Positions 1 through 13,395 are shown, counted from the stretch's first letter. The stretch: 64,000 nucleotides of DNA from Mobula hypostoma (GCF_963921235.1 NC_086097.1:151716001-151780000); one strand, 5' to 3'. A program made the numbers and translations. The notes: generated from the letters alone by a model not told the origin.

Positions 1-14
1 TCCAAAGATTCAAT

Positions 15-195
15 GTCCATTTAGGAATTGGATGGTAGAGGGGAAGAAGCTGTTCCTGAATCGCTAGTGTGTGCCTTCAGGCTTCTGTATCTCCTATCTG
101 ATGGTAACAGTGAGAAAAGGGCATGCCCTGGGTGCTGGAGGTCCTTAATAATGGACGCTGCCTTTCTGAGACACCACTCCCCAAAGATGTCCTGA
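15..195 (-). mobile_element. Rex1/Babar-type LINE, 3' end of ORF2 (fragment)
   Basis: Minus-strand translation CLRKAASIIKDLQHPGHALFSLLPSDRRYRSLKAHT, the typical Rex1/Babar C-terminus; frameshifted. Confidence 0.8.
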
Positions 196-196
196 A

Positions 197-500
197 CTGC
201 TGATCTCCTGCCATTTTCACGCACAACAGTTTCTAGAGTTTACAGAGAACGGTCTGAAAAACACTAAAGACATCTAATCAGCAGCTGTTCTACGGGCAAA
301 AATGTCTTGTTAATGAGAGAGGTCAGAGAAGAATTGTTCAAGTTGATAGGAAGGTGATAGTAACTTAAATAACCATGTGTTATAAAAGTGATGTGCAGAA
401 GAACACAACAACAGGTTGACCTTGAAGTTGATGAGCTACAGCAGCAGAAGACCATACTGGGTTCCACGTGTAACTAATAAAGTGTTCATTGGCTGTATAT
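197..500 (+). mobile_element. Tc1-like DNA transposon remnant (N-terminal DNA-binding region of transposase plus decayed right TIR)
   Basis: Decayed reading TADLL.FSRTTVSRVYRE.SEK...KCLVNERGQRR...TLKLMSYSSRRP; ends in TIR-like taataaagtgttcattggctgta-TA. Confidence 0.65.
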
Positions 501-1054
501 ACTTTAAAATGATCACTAAAAGGATATTTAACAGAAACAACTGTTACAATATGGAATTCTCAAGTCAAAGGTGGAGGTGGATAATTAATTACCTTTAAAA
601 GAGATGTGTAAGTATAGTAAAAAATTTCTAATGGATTCAACGGTAATCACTCACCTTTACTTAGGTTTCTTGAGGGCAAGAAGATATATAATGTGTAATA
701 AAGTTCAAAATTTCTCTGGTCTGGGTGCTCTTTCATGTTTATTTCACAATGGAAGGGTTAAGGCAGCATCTGGCCGCTGCATATCTGAGACAAAGACGGT
801 TTTGTACTTGCATGTCATGAGATCCATTTCTTGTTATTTCTTCACCTCAATCTAGAGCTGACAAGATATTGCTGACTATCCCTTTGAGCTCAGTTCCTTG
901 GATGGATGCATTATGGTTTTGCTTTTACATTGTAAAATATTTCACAATGTTTATTGTAGTAATAATATCTCTGGCCATCTTCACAATTCACAAGACAAAA
1001 AAGGACAGGCGACCAAGAAGCTTCTCATTTAAGTGCACATGCTCTGAAATGAAA

Positions 1055-2425
1055 AGCAACACACAAAATGATGGAGGAACTCAAAAGGTCAGGCAGCATC
1101 TATGGAAATGAATAAACAGTCGATATTTCGGGCGAGACCCTTCTTCAGGACTGAAAAAGAAGGGGGAAGATGCCAGAATAAAAAGGTGGGTGAGGAGTAT
1201 GAGGATAACTAGAAGCCAGGTGAGTAGGTGAGAGGGAAGGAGGAAGGGACTCAAGGGGATGTAATAGGCAGGTGAAATGAGGTAAGAGTTTAGAATTGGG
1301 AATACAAGTAGAGGGAATGGGGAGGGTTTTTTTTATATATCAGAAGGAATTATCGATATTCATGCCATCAGATTAGAGGCTACCCTGAAGGACGATAAGA
1401 TGTTGCTCTGCCCTGAGGGTGGCCTCATTGTGGTATAAGAGGAGGCTGTGGACCGACATGTCAGAATGGGAGTGAGAATTAAAATGTTTGGCCACTGGGA
1501 AGTTCTGCTCTTGGCTGATGGAGTGAAGTTGCTCGCTCAAGTGGTCCTCTAATTTACGATGGGTCTCAGCAACCTCAAGGAGGCTGCATTAGGAGCATTG
1601 GGCGCTATAGACGACCCCCGCAGATTCGTAGGTGAGGTGTTGCCTCACCTGGAAGGACTGTTTGGGGCCTGAATGGAGTTGAGGTAGGAGATGAATGAAC
1701 AGGTGACTTCCTCTTGCTTTTGTAATTTTGTAGGAAATTGAGAAGCCCCTGAATTTTGCACAGCAGGTTTTAGGAGCTTTGGTTCAGGACTACTGATGTG
1801 TTTTAAAAGCTTCAAAAGGCTCTTATAATTACCCAGAAATGATGAACTCCTTTGTTTAACTAGTCTTTCTATTAAATGAGGGCTAAGTGCTGTGAGGAAG
1901 ATTAGTAGAGAGAGATGAACGGTCAGAGGAATCGCAGAAGGAGCGATCCCTGTGGAAAGTCGGGGAGTGAGATAAAGATATATCTGATGTTAGCAACCCC
2001 TTGGAGACGGTGGAAGTTGCAGAGCACGATGAGTTGGATACAAAGGATCATGGGGCGATAGGTATGGACAAGTGGAACTATCACTATTAAGGTGGAGGGA
2101 AGGTGGGGTGAGCATGGATATTCGGGAAATGGAGGAAATGCCCGTGAAAGCAGTATCAATTGTGGAGGGAGGAAATCTCTGTTCTCTGAAGTAGGAGGAC
2201 ATCTCTGATGTCCTGGAAAGGAAAGCATCATCTTGGGAACAGATGTGGTGGAGATGAAAGAACTGAGCGAAGGGAATAGCAATTTTACAGGAAACAGTGG
2301 GAAGAGGTATAGTTAGGTAACTGTAGGAATTGGCAAGTTTATAAAAGGTGTCAGTCAATAGTTTTTCTCCAGAGATGGAGATACTGAGATCAAGAAAGGG
2401 GAGGGCAGTGTCAGAAATGGAAGTA
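1055..2425 (-). mobile_element. Penelope-like retroelement, 5'-truncated and degenerate (RT C-terminus, GIY-YIG, pLTR)
   Basis: ORFs 1923-2358 match the near-intact copy at 43039-43935 (YKLANSYSYL, CSQDDAFLSRTSEMSSYFRE); the pLTR resembles 42606-42900; an unrelated ~160 bp insert lies at ~1721-1880. Confidence 0.85.
1117..1153 (-). ncRNA. Minimal type-I hammerhead ribozyme motif in PLE terminus
   Basis: Minus strand CAGUC-CUGAAGA-AGGGUCUCGCCC-GAAA-UAUC-GACUG: stem I CAGUC/GACUG, intact CUGANGA and GAAA core, AUC cleavage triplet. Confidence 0.65.
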
Positions 2426-2965
2426 ACTAGTGATCCAATATGAAATTACACATCTAAAACATGTTCATAATTTAGAGATATTCCCTGAGGTTTCTTTTTG
2501 TTAAACCTAACTGAGTTAGTTAAAGGGTCTAGATTAAAAGAGTTTTTTTTTATAATTGATGAAAATGACTAATTATATATTCATGCTGTGATTATTTAAT
2601 AACCTTTCCTACAGCATTTAGTCTGAATTAGTAAGTAGATTAGTTGTGTATGGATTTTTTTATATAGAGAATCCTCCAGAGGTCTAAATCACACAGTTGG
2701 ACAAGGTATCAGCATAAACAGCTGATGCTCTTTGTGCTGGATTGGTATAAACAATCTCATCAGGTGTTGGTGTTTGATTCATCCTGCAATAAAATGCAGT
2801 CATTTTAGTGTGGTGATGGAAAAAACAGTAGGTACAGTAGGGCTGTGTCATGCATGTGATCACCCACTTGTAGACATTCTCACGGCAGGGGTTCCTATTT
2901 CAGTGACACACATTACATGGTGCAGCTCATATCCACACCTACATCCACTCACACTTACAGGTGTT

Positions 2966-2968
<3 letters not shown>

Positions 2969-3031
<63 letters not shown>

Positions 3032-3108
3032 CACACCACATGCACACACACACAGACTCGAACACATACACACACACATAAACACGGACACGAATGAACA
3101 TACACACA

Positions 3109-3160
<52 letters not shown>

Positions 3161-3285
3161 CACACCACATGCACACACACACAGACTCGAACACATACAC
3201 ACACACATAAACACGGACACGAATGAACATACACACACACACACACACACACACATAAACACGGACACGAATGAACATACACACA

Positions 3286-3323
<38 letters not shown>

Positions 3324-3447
3324 CACACACATGCACACACACACAGACTCGAACACATACACACACACATAAACACGGACACGAATGAACATACACACAC
3401 ACACACACACACACACATAAACACGGACACGAATGAACATACACACA

Positions 3448-3485
<38 letters not shown>

Positions 3486-3561
3486 CACACACATGCACAC
3501 ACACACAGACTCGAACACATACACACACACATAAACACGGACACGAATGAACATACACACA

Positions 3562-3594
<33 letters not shown>

Positions 3595-3625
3595 GTACAC
3601 ACACACACACAAACACATATGCATT
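2969..3625. repeat. Compound (CA)n microsatellite with higher-order minisatellite units
   Basis: CA runs interrupted by cagactcgaacacatac (4 copies) and ataaacacggacacgaatgaacatac (6 copies). Confidence 0.95.
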
Positions 3626-3970
3626 CACAAACATATATCCCCAGCTCGCTTTCAAACTAGTAGCTTGGTTCTTGATATCAAGCCTTAAGCTAGCAATTTC
3701 ACAATATTTCATCTTGCCACAACACAGTTCTTTCAAGAGAGGAATCTGACAATCTGGATAGGTTGTTGATCCACTGGGGATCCCTGTCAAACCAAGCAAG
3801 TGTTAGATTAAAAACAGAAGAAGCTGGGTAAAACATGTTTTTTTTCTTGCAAGTGATAGCCAGAGATATTTTTCTAAGTAAGCAAAACCATGTAGATTCC
3901 ATCCCCTACACAGGGAATGAAACTTTAATGGTTTTTGCTTATCTTCCTTGTCTCACCTTCTTGTGTTGAT

Positions 3971-4268
3971 GTGTGGTCAAGTGCTTAAGGCATTCGTCTA
4001 GTGATTTGAAGGTCGCTAGTTCGAACCTTGGCTGAGGCAACGTGTGTGTCCTTGAGCAAGGCACTTAACCACACATTGCTCTGCGACGGCACCGGTGCCA
4101 AGCTGTATGGGTCCTAGTGCCCTTCCCTTGGATGACATCAGTGGTGTGGAGAGGGGGGACTTGCAGCATGGGCAACTGCTGGTCTTCCATACAACCTTGC
4201 CCAGGCATGCACCCTGGAAACTTTTCAAGGCGCAAATCCATGGTCTCATGAGACTAACGGATGCCTAT
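3971..4268 (+). mobile_element. tRNA-headed SINE with CORE-like central domain (copy 1)
   Basis: A box gtggtcaagtgcttaagg, B box agttcgaacc, central gtgtccttgagcaaggcacttaacc; closely similar copy at 24018-24324. Confidence 0.85.
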
Positions 4269-4374
4269 AAAAACCCTCTTTCCAGAAGCACAGTCAAGTA
4301 GATTTGAATCAGAGGATGCTCTTGCACTTCCTTCATATTTAACATTTGAGTTAATTGCCTTCTAAAATTAATCA

Positions 4375-5592
4375 CCCTGCACTCATCTTTAGATCATCTG
4401 GATAACAAAGGCACCTGCTCCAGACTCTTATTTAATGACTACAACTCAGCCTTCAATACTATAATTCCAAACAAACTCATCTCCAAACTCCTAGGCAGCG
4501 GATTTAGCACAACTCTCTGCAACTGGATCTTTGACTTCCTGACTAACTGACCACAACCAGTAAGGATACTCCTCCACAACGATTATCCTCAACACACAAG
4601 GCTACTTTCTCAGCCTCTTACTTCTATATACTCATGACTGTGTGGTCAGATTCTGCTCTGACTCCATCTATAAAATTGCAGATAACGCCACTGTAATGGG
4701 TCGGTTCTCAAATAAAGAAGAGATAATGTACGGGAAGGAGTTGGAAAGCCCAGTGGAATGGTGTCAGGACAAGACTTTTCTCTCAATATCTACAAAATGA
4801 AAGCTCTGAAAGCGAGGTGGAGCACACTCACCTGTCCATATCAGTGATGCAGAGATGGAGATAATCGAGAGCTTCAAGTTCCTAGGTGTAAATATCACAA
4901 TTATCCTGGTCCAGGCATGTAGACACAATGGGCAATAAAACACACCAGTCTCGACTTCCTCAGGAGGCTAAGGTAATTTGGCATGTTGCTGTTAATCCTC
5001 ACTATTTTTATGGGTCCGTCGGAAAGTGCATCTTATCCACGTGCATTGCAGCTGGGTATGTCAAGTGCTCTGTCCAACATCGCAAGAAATTGCAGAAAGT
5101 TGTGGGCACGCCTCAGTTCTCCCCTTCATGGACTCTGTCTACTCTTTCTGCTGCCTCAGAAAACAGGTAACACAACCAAGACTCCTCTAACCTTGTCATC
5201 CTCTCTTCTACGCCCTTCCCAGGCTGAGGATAGAAAAACTTTAAACACTTATCAACAGGTTCAAGGACAGCTTCTATTCTGCTGTTATAAGACCCTTGAC
5301 TCTTGTAACAGTGGATTCTTGTATAATAATATTGAACTCTTGATCTCACAATCTACATTGTTATGGCCCTCTCTTTATTGTCTATCTGCTCTGCACTTTC
5401 TCTTTAACTGTAACATGATATTCTGCATTTTATTATTATTATTACTTTTATCTTTTTATTATGATTATTACTGCATTCTCTTATTGCTTTTCAGTTTGTA
5501 TGATGTTGAAGTACTTGTATATTGAAATGATCTATAAAGGGGACATGTAAAACAAAGCTTTCACTGTACTTCAGTATAAACCAAATACCAAT
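4375..5592 (+). mobile_element. Rex1/Babar-type LINE, degenerate RT 3' half and tail
   Basis: Decayed [43 protein letters not shown] motifs, Rex1 C-terminus and AT-rich tail. Confidence 0.8.
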
Positions 5593-5804
5593 CACCCGTT
5601 AAAAGCCATCACAACCCAATAGAAACTTCAGTCACAGGTCCTTTATAATTCACATACGTAAAAGATTTGGGCACCAAAAAAACATTAATTATTAAGAGTT
5701 CAGAGGGTAGGCTGTGGAGATGAAATGGAGAGATGTTTTGCAAATTAATATAAAAAATTAAGCAAGCTGGAAGACGAACAGCACAATTAAGTGAAAATGT
5801 AGAG

Positions 5805-8431
5805 CGAGGGGTTTAGGTGGGGTGGAGTTTTTTAGGTGTGTTCAAGAAGGTTTCTTGACACAATATGTAGATAAACCTACAAGAGGAGAGGCTGTACTTG
5901 ATCTAGTATTGGGAAATGAACCTGATCAGGTGTCAGATCTGTCCATGGGTAAACATTTTGGAGATAGTGATCACAATTCTATCTCCTTTACCATAGCATT
6001 GGAGAGGGAAAGGAACAGACAGTTAGAAAAGCATTTAATTGGAGTAAGGGGAAATATGAGGCTATCAGGCAGGAACTTGGAAGCATAAATTGGGAACAGA
6101 TGTTCTCAGGGAAATGTACGGAAGAAATGTGGCAAATGTTCAGGGGATATTTGTGCGGAGTTCTGCATAGGTATATTCCAATGAGACATGGTAGGATACA
6201 GGAACCGTGGTGTACAAACGCTGTTGTAAATCTAGTCAAGAAGAAAAGAATAGCTTACAAAAGGTTCAAAAAACTAGGTAATGATAGAGATCTAGAATAT
6301 CGTAAAGCTAGCAGGAAGGAGCTTAAGGAAGAAATTAGGAGAGCCAGAAAGGGCCATGAGAAAGCCTTGGCAGACAGGATTAAGGAAAATGCCAATGAAT
6401 TCTACAAACATGTGAAGAACAAGAGGATAAGACGTGAGACAATAGGACCAATCAAGTGTGACAGTGGGAAAGTGTGTATGGAACCGGAGGAGATAGCAGA
6501 GGTACTTAATGAGTACTTTTCTTCAGTATTCAGTATGCACTACAGAAAAGGATCTTGGCGATTGTAGGGATGACTTACAGTGGGCTGAAAAGCTTGAGCA
6601 TGTAGACATTAAGAAAGCGTATGTGCTGGAGCTTTTGGAAAGTATTAGGTTGAATAAGTCACCGGGACTGAACGAGATGTACCCTAGGCTACTGTAGAAG
6701 ACGAGGGAGGAGATTGCTGAGCCTCTGGTGATGATCTTTGCATCATCAATGGGGACGGGAGAGGTCCCAGAGGATTGGAGGGTTGAGGATGTTGTTCCAT
6801 TATTCAAGAAAGGGAATAGAGATAGCCCAGGAAATTATAGAGCAATGAGTTTTACTTCAGTGGTTGGTAAGCTGTTGGAGAAGATCCTGAGAGGTAAGAT
6901 TTATGCACATTTGAAGAGGCATAATATGATTAGGAATAGTCAGCATGGCTTTGTGAAAGGCAGGTTGTGCCTTACGAGCCTGTTTGAATTTTTTGAAGAT
7001 GTGACTAAACGCATTGATGAAGGTAGAGCAGTAGATGTAGTGTATATGGATTTCAGCAAGGCATTTGATAAGGTACCCCATGCAAGGCTTATTGAGAAAG
7101 TAAGGAGGCATGGGATCCAAGGGGACATTGCTTTGTGGATCCAGAACTGGCTTGCCCACAGAAGGCAAAGAGTGGTTGTAGATGGGTCACATTCTCCATG
7201 AAGATTGTTCATCAGTGGTGTGCCTCAAGGACCTGTTCTGGGACCCCTAGTCATTGTAATTTTCATAAATGACCTGAATGAGGAAGTGGAGGGATGGGTT
7301 AATAAATTTGCTGATGACACAAAGGTTGGAGGTTGGAGGTGTTGTGGATAATATGGAGGGCTGTCAGAGGTTACAGTGGGACATTGATAGGATGCAAAAC
7401 TGGGCTGAGAGAAGTGACAGATGGAGTTTAACCCAGATAAGTGTGAGGTGGTTTATTTTGGTAGGTCAAATACGATGTCAGAACATAGTATTAATCGTAA
7501 GACTCTTAGCGGTGTGGAGGATCAGAGGGATCTTGGGGTCTGAGTCCAGAGGACACTCAAAGCTGCTGCGCAGGTTGACTCTGTGGTTAAGAAGGCATAT
7601 GGTGCATTGGCCTTCATCAATCGTGGGATTGAGTTTAGGAGCCGAGAGGTAATGTTGCAGCTATATAGGACCCTGGCCAGATCCCACTTGGAGTACTGTG
7701 CTCAGTTCTGGTCACCTCACTATAGGAAGGATATGGAAACCATAGAAAGGGTACAGAGGAGATTTACAAGGATTTTTCCTGGATTGGGGAGCATGCCTTA
7801 TGAGAATAGGTTGAGTGAACTCGGCCTATTTTTCCTTGGAGCGATGGAGGATGAGAAGAGTCCTGATAGAGGTGTATAAGATGATGATCCTGTGGATATT
7901 CAGAGGCTTCTTCCCAGGGCTGAAATGGCTAGCACAAGAGAGAATAGTTTTAAGGTGCTTGGAAGTAAGCATAGAGGAGATGTCAGGGGTAAGTATTTTA
8001 TCCACAGAGTGGCGAGTGCGTGGAATGGCTGCCGGCGATGGTGGGGGAGGCAGATTCGATAGGGTCTTTTATGAGACTCCTGGACAGGTACATGGAGCTC
8101 CAAAAAATAAAGGTAACCCTGGCTGGCTGGTGGTGTAGTGGCACCAGTGCTGGATTTCGGAGTGAAGGCTCCCGAGTTTGAATCCAACCGGCTCCCTTGC
8201 ACGCTTTCCATCTGTGCTGGGTTGAGCGTCGAGCTAGCAACTTGGCCTCGTAAAAGTAAGAAAGCCTGCTAAAAGAAACGCTGTCATGACGGCGTCCCGA
8301 TGACTCCATTCGAAGTTAAGGGCTTTCTTCTCTGGGTAACCCTAGGTAATTTCTAAGGTAAGGACATGTTTGGCACAGCTTTGTGGGCTGAAGGGCCTGT
8401 ATTGTGCTGTAGGTTTTCTGTGTTTCTATGT
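5805..8431 (+). mobile_element. CR1 LINE, 5'-truncated (end of endonuclease, RT, 3' UTR), frameshifted
   Basis: PTRGEAVLDLVLGNE, GDSDHNSI, VPEDWR, YMDFSKAFDKVPH, LEYCAQFWSPH; 3' UTR ends gggcctgtattgtgctgtaggttttctgtgtttctatgt. Confidence 0.95.
8121..8334 (+). mobile_element. tRNA-headed SINE inserted into CR1 3' end
   Basis: A box tggtgtagtgg, B box gagtttgaatcc; flanked by 9-bp TSD ggtaaccct (8112-8120 and 8335-8343). Confidence 0.85.
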
Positions 8432-9038
8432 AGATTTGAAAGATGTGATACGGAAACTTTGAGTAAATGGAATTGAATTGGTTGAAAAAAGTGGAAGTAA
8501 TTTGGAGGTATATTGCTTTAATCAATTCCCATCAAATCCCAAAAACTCTTAGGGCCTTCCATGAGTATGAGCAGAGAGGCAGGAGGCTTAATTATGCTTT
8601 CTTTTTCTACATCTAGTGGCTTATTACCAATGATATAGACTCACATCTGATCATTAAGGACAGCCTTTGAAACTGTGAACAACAATCTAATGTAAGTTGT
8701 TTATAACTTCCTACATTAACTTTTCTTCTTTCTCCACTGCTGAATAAAACTCAAGTAAAGCTACAGAAGCTGGAAATCAGAGATAACAGATCATGCTGAA
8801 ACACTCAGTAAGGCATTGGTAGTGAAAAGCGAAACAGTTAACATTTCAAGAAAGTCTGGATGTAGGATTACTAGGCAGAATAATCTAAATTTATGGGTCT
8901 CAATGTAAGGGCAACATCCATGACAAAAAGCCACAAAAGAAACATTTGTACAATATTAAAGGTGATGAGAACGTTGGAGTGCAGGAGCAATAATAGGTGA
9001 CTTTAAATTAAAGTGAAACTTCATGATCAGTTTATTCA

Positions 9039-9233
9039 AGCAACACACATCAAAGTTGCTGGTGAACGCAGCAGGCCAGGCGGCATCTCTAGGAAGAAGT
9101 ACAGTCAACGTTTCAGTCCGAGACCCTCGCATGTACCTCTTCCTAGAGATGCTGCCTGGCCTGCTACGTTCACCAGCAACTTTGATGTGTGTTGCTTGAA
9201 TTTCCAGCATCTGCAGAATTTCTGTTGTCTACG
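9039..9233. mobile_element. Short fold-back (palindromic) PLE-terminus insertion
   Basis: ~68-bp inverted arms (9037-9103 and 9132-9198); 15-bp TSD tgatcagtttattca (9024-9038 and 9234-9248). Confidence 0.9.
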
Positions 9234-10106
9234 TGATCAGTTTATTCATTATCTACAGCAGCTAACCGCTTGATTATGGGCAGAGGTGTGTACACAAGTG
9301 TCATTTACAAAGGGTGGGCTGAATTTGAAGGTGTTTTCTGGCAAGGCACTGATGACCAGGGGACTTAAGTTCTGATGTGATGCATAATTCCTCACAATGC
9401 TGAAAGTTAAAGTCATCAGTCATAGTAGCTGAGTACACAAACATCAACTCTATTAGGAAAAGATCAGCTCAATATATTAAAGATGAATTAGAAAAATATA
9501 TTTAGTGCGAGCAATTTGCAACCACAAGTGAATAAATTTCATTCAGCTTTGAAAAGTACACATCAAGCCAGCCACTAAGGCAATATACTCTGCATCTAGA
9601 CAAGGTAGCACATGCACAGAAGACTTGAGTAAGGGAAAAGTTGAACAAAACCACACAAAGTGATAGAACAATGTCTATTGTTGTGACATCCAATACAAGT
9701 AAAGCTGTTTGGCTTTGCAGAAACTATAGGGTAACTCTTCCACAGAAGTACAGATGATGGATAATGCATATGGCCCATGTCACATGATACTGAATTCTCA
9801 AGACCATTGCAAAGTTGAATATGTCCCACATACATATACACAAATAATTGTGGATAGAGAAAGCCAATATTTTCCTACAATCATAGTCATAGTCATACTT
9901 TATTGATCCTGGGGGAAATTGGTTAATCAACACCCATAGTGATATTTATTCATGAACCTAGGTGCATAGAGTCATGAATCACCTGGACAAGTGAATCCAA
10001 CACTTTTTCTTTCTGTGGTGGTTTGAAATTGTCATCATAGGTTCAGAAGAACAAAAGACGTAGGAGCAGAATTTGGCCAACTGAGCCTGCTCCACCATTC
10101 TATCAT

Positions 10107-10780
10107 CACACATAAAAGTTGTTGGTGAACGCAGCAGGCCAGACAGCATCTCTAGGAAGAGGTACAGTCGACGTTTCGGGCTGAGACCCTTCGTCAGGAC
10201 TAACTGAAAGAAGAGCTAGTAGGAGATTTGAAAGTGGGAGGGGGAGGAGGAGATCCAAAATGATAGGAGAAGACAGGAGGGGGAGGGATGGAGCCAGGAG
10301 CTGGACAGTTGATTGGCAAAAGGGATATGAGAGGATCATGGGATGGGAGGCCTAGGGAGAAAGAAAGGAGGAGGGGCTACCATGCAGGGCCCCAGAGAGT
10401 CCTTCCAGGTGACATGACACCTCACTTGTGTGTTGGCTGGGGTGATATACTGCGTCCCGTGCTCCCGATGCAGCCTTCTATATATTGGCGAGACCCGACG
10501 CAGACTGGGAGACCGTTTCGCTGAACACCTACGCTCTGTCCACCAGGGAAAGCAGGATCTCCCAGTGGCCACACATTTTAATTCCATGTCCCATTCCCAT
10601 TCTGATATGTCTATCTACGGACTCCTCAACTGTCAAGATGAAGCCACACTCAGGTTGGAGGTACAACACCTTATATTCCGTCTGAGTAGCCTCCAACCTG
10701 ATGGTATGAACATTGACTTCTCCAACTTCCGTTAGTGCCCCACCTCCCCCTCATACCCCATCCATAATTTATTTATTTTA
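10107..10780. mobile_element. Penelope-like element with inverted pLTR (10107-10375, minus) joined to a + strand GIY-YIG endonuclease region (10385-10735)
   Basis: ORF 10430-10735 VIYCVPCSRCSLLYIGETRRRLGDRFAEH...LQPDGMNIDFSNFR; inverted pLTR upstream; abuts a reversed CR1 3' tail (~10045-10106). Confidence 0.9.
10165..10202 (-). ncRNA. Minimal type-I hammerhead ribozyme motif in PLE terminus
   Basis: Minus strand UAGUC-CUGACGA-AGGGUCUCAGCCC-GAAA-CGUC-GACUG, intact core. Confidence 0.75.
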
Positions 10781-11049
10781 TATATGTTCTGCTGAACATT
10801 GTGGGCATGCTATGTTGGTACCAGAATGTGTTTCTTCCCGTTTAGAAAATAGTCTATCCCTTTATTTGTTTTACCAAAGTGCATTATCACACACTTTCCT
10901 ACATTATATTCCATCTGTCACCCCTTTGACCATTCTCTATATGAATGTGTTGGTTGTTAATGCAAATAACACATTTCTCTGTATGCTTTGATGTACATGT
11001 GATAAGTTATCTGTTAGGCTATTAAACCTTCTCTATTTCACCTTAACCT

Positions 11050-12110
11050 ATTCCTTTTGTTTTCGACATCCCTGTCATTTGTAATGGGTCTCTAGCTAAC
11101 TACCTATCCATGATCACAATTGTATCACCTCATAACCGTATCATGTCATTATTTAGCTTCTTTGGCTCCAGGGAAAACAAGCTCAATCCATCTAATTTCT
11201 CCTAATAACTCAAGTCCTCTAATCCATGCAACATTCCTGTGAATCTTTTCTGCATTTTCTCTGGTTTAATTACATATTTCTTGTAATATAGCAACCAGAT
11301 CTGCACACAGTAATCCAGGTGCTGCCAAACTAGCTTTGAACAACTGTAACATGACGTCTTAACTCTTGTCTCAATGGCTTGATTGAAGAAGCATACTATA
11401 TGCTTTTTTCCTCATGCTACCTTGCTGTATTGCCATTTTCAGGGAACTATGCACTTGTGCTCCAGCTCCTCTCTGTTGGAACACTCCCAGAGCCCTGCAT
11501 TTCCTTGTGTATGTCTTAGTACACCCCACTTTACCTCTCCAAAATGCATCACTTTACACTTGTCTGTTACATTCCATCTACCATTCCCTTTCCACTTTGC
11601 CAGTTGTTCAATATCCTTAGACACGCTTCTTCACTCTCCACCACACCACCCATTTTGATGTAATCTGCAAATTTATTAATTAAGCCACTTACACTTTTAT
11701 CCACATTGTTAAAGAATATGACAAACAACCGAGGCACACCACTGGTCATAAGCCTCCCATCATCCCTCCACTGGCACCCTTAGGCTCTTGTATCTAATTG
11801 GCTAGCTCATCCATGTGATCTCACATTTTGGACTGGGCTAAGCAGAAGTTTGTCAAAACCTTTGCAAAAGTCCATGCAGACAATATCTACCACCCTGCCT
11901 CAAGAATCCTCCTCATTACCACTTCATAATACTCATTCAAATTCATAAAACATGATTTCCCATGCATAAAGCCATGCTGCCAATCCTTGCCTTTCCACAT
12001 TGAAATAAGTCCTGTCCCTCAGAAATCCATCCAATACCTTTCTCACCACTGATATAGGACTCACCAGTTTCTCCCTGCTGCCCTGCATAAATAAAGTTGC
12101 TGCATTAGCC
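11050..12110 (-). mobile_element. CR1 LINE, degenerate RT 3' part
   Basis: Minus strand VTSGVP, INKFADYIKMGGVVES, DKCKVMHFG motifs with many stops. Confidence 0.8.
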
Positions 12111-12839
12111 TAGCTGCCTATATATCAAATTGGTTTGGATTGACTAGTTTCTTTTCCCGAAAGATTTTGGGCACTGAGTTGTGGTTTTCCAAAACTCCAG
12201 CAGTATTTAACTGTTCTTCTGATGCAAGTGTAATAACTAGTAGATTTTATTGAATTCAATTTTATGTATTGTTATGGCAATAACCTTCATTCAGGTATTT
12301 AAACCCCTATTCATGGAGCAATACTCCAAAAAAAAAAGCAGGACTAACATTATTGTAACTGAGTTTGCAACATATGTAGTGGTTTAACAAGATTATCAAA
12401 CTCTCTTTACCTTGGGTTCCCCTTGTGGCAAATACAGGGAATATTTTCCCTTCATGTTGACTCCAATTTTGTTTATGAGTTTGGAAGGTGTTTACTCCTT
12501 TGGTTAAAAAAAAGCCACGAGGGAAAATCTTTCTAATTAAATTGTCACATCTGGTCTTTGTTTTCCTTCAGTCCACTGAAGGTGCTATTTCATAATAATG
12601 TTTAGGATTCTTTCCAGAGTAGCCTTTCCAGAGAACTGAACCTGAGTATCAAAATCTCCTTAATAAGTAAATTCTTTAAGGCCAGTTGCTCCCACTTCAT
12701 CATCATTGTTTTTAACATTTGGCAATGCATCACCAGACAATCCAGTGCCATAACTTACCAGCTACATTCCTTTGATGAATATCACACAGTGAGCAGCCAT
12801 GATGGACCAGGTGTGAGGAGTTAAATAGCCTGTTGGGAT

Positions 12840-13395
12840 TGGTTAAACCACACTTAGAGAATTGTGATCAGTTTTGGGCCCCTTATTTAAGAAATGATGT
12901 GCTGGTATTGGACCCACAGGTTCATGGCAGTGATTCCAGGAATGAAAGGGTTAATATATAGGGAGCTTTATACAGGCTCTGGGCCTGTGCTTGCTGAAGT
13001 TTAGAAGAATGATGGGGGATATTATTGAGACCTATCAAATATTGAAAGACCTAGACAGATTGGATGTGAAGAGGATGCTTCCAAGAGCATGGGAGTCTAT
13101 GACCAGAGAGCACAGCTTCAGAATAGAGGGATGTCCATTTAGAGTAGAGACGAGGAGAAATTTCTTGAGAGGTAGTGAATCTGTGGAGCTCATTGTCTCA
13201 GATGACTGTGGAGGCCAAGTCATTAGGAATATTTAAAGCACAGTTTGATAGTTCTTGATTAGTCAAGGCATCAGAGGTTATGAGGAGAAGGCCGGACAAC
13301 GGGGTTGAGAGGCACAATAAATCAGCTTTGGTGGTAATGTCTCCATGGGTTGAATGGCCTAATTTGGCTCCAATGTTTTATTTTCTTATGGTCTG
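12840..13395 (+). mobile_element. CR1 LINE 3' end
   Basis: FRRMMGDIIETYQILKDLDRLDV...FRVETRRNF and CR1 3' UTR ending cttatggtct. Confidence 0.85.

Noticed and set aside
3053..3560. Regularly spaced identical motifs resembling a CRISPR array
   Set aside because: The spacers are plain CA runs, the DNA is eukaryotic and there are no cas genes
2732..3799. Long His-Thr and Cys-Val ORFs (up to 286 aa)
   Set aside because: Artefacts of stop-free (CA)n/(TG)n repeats
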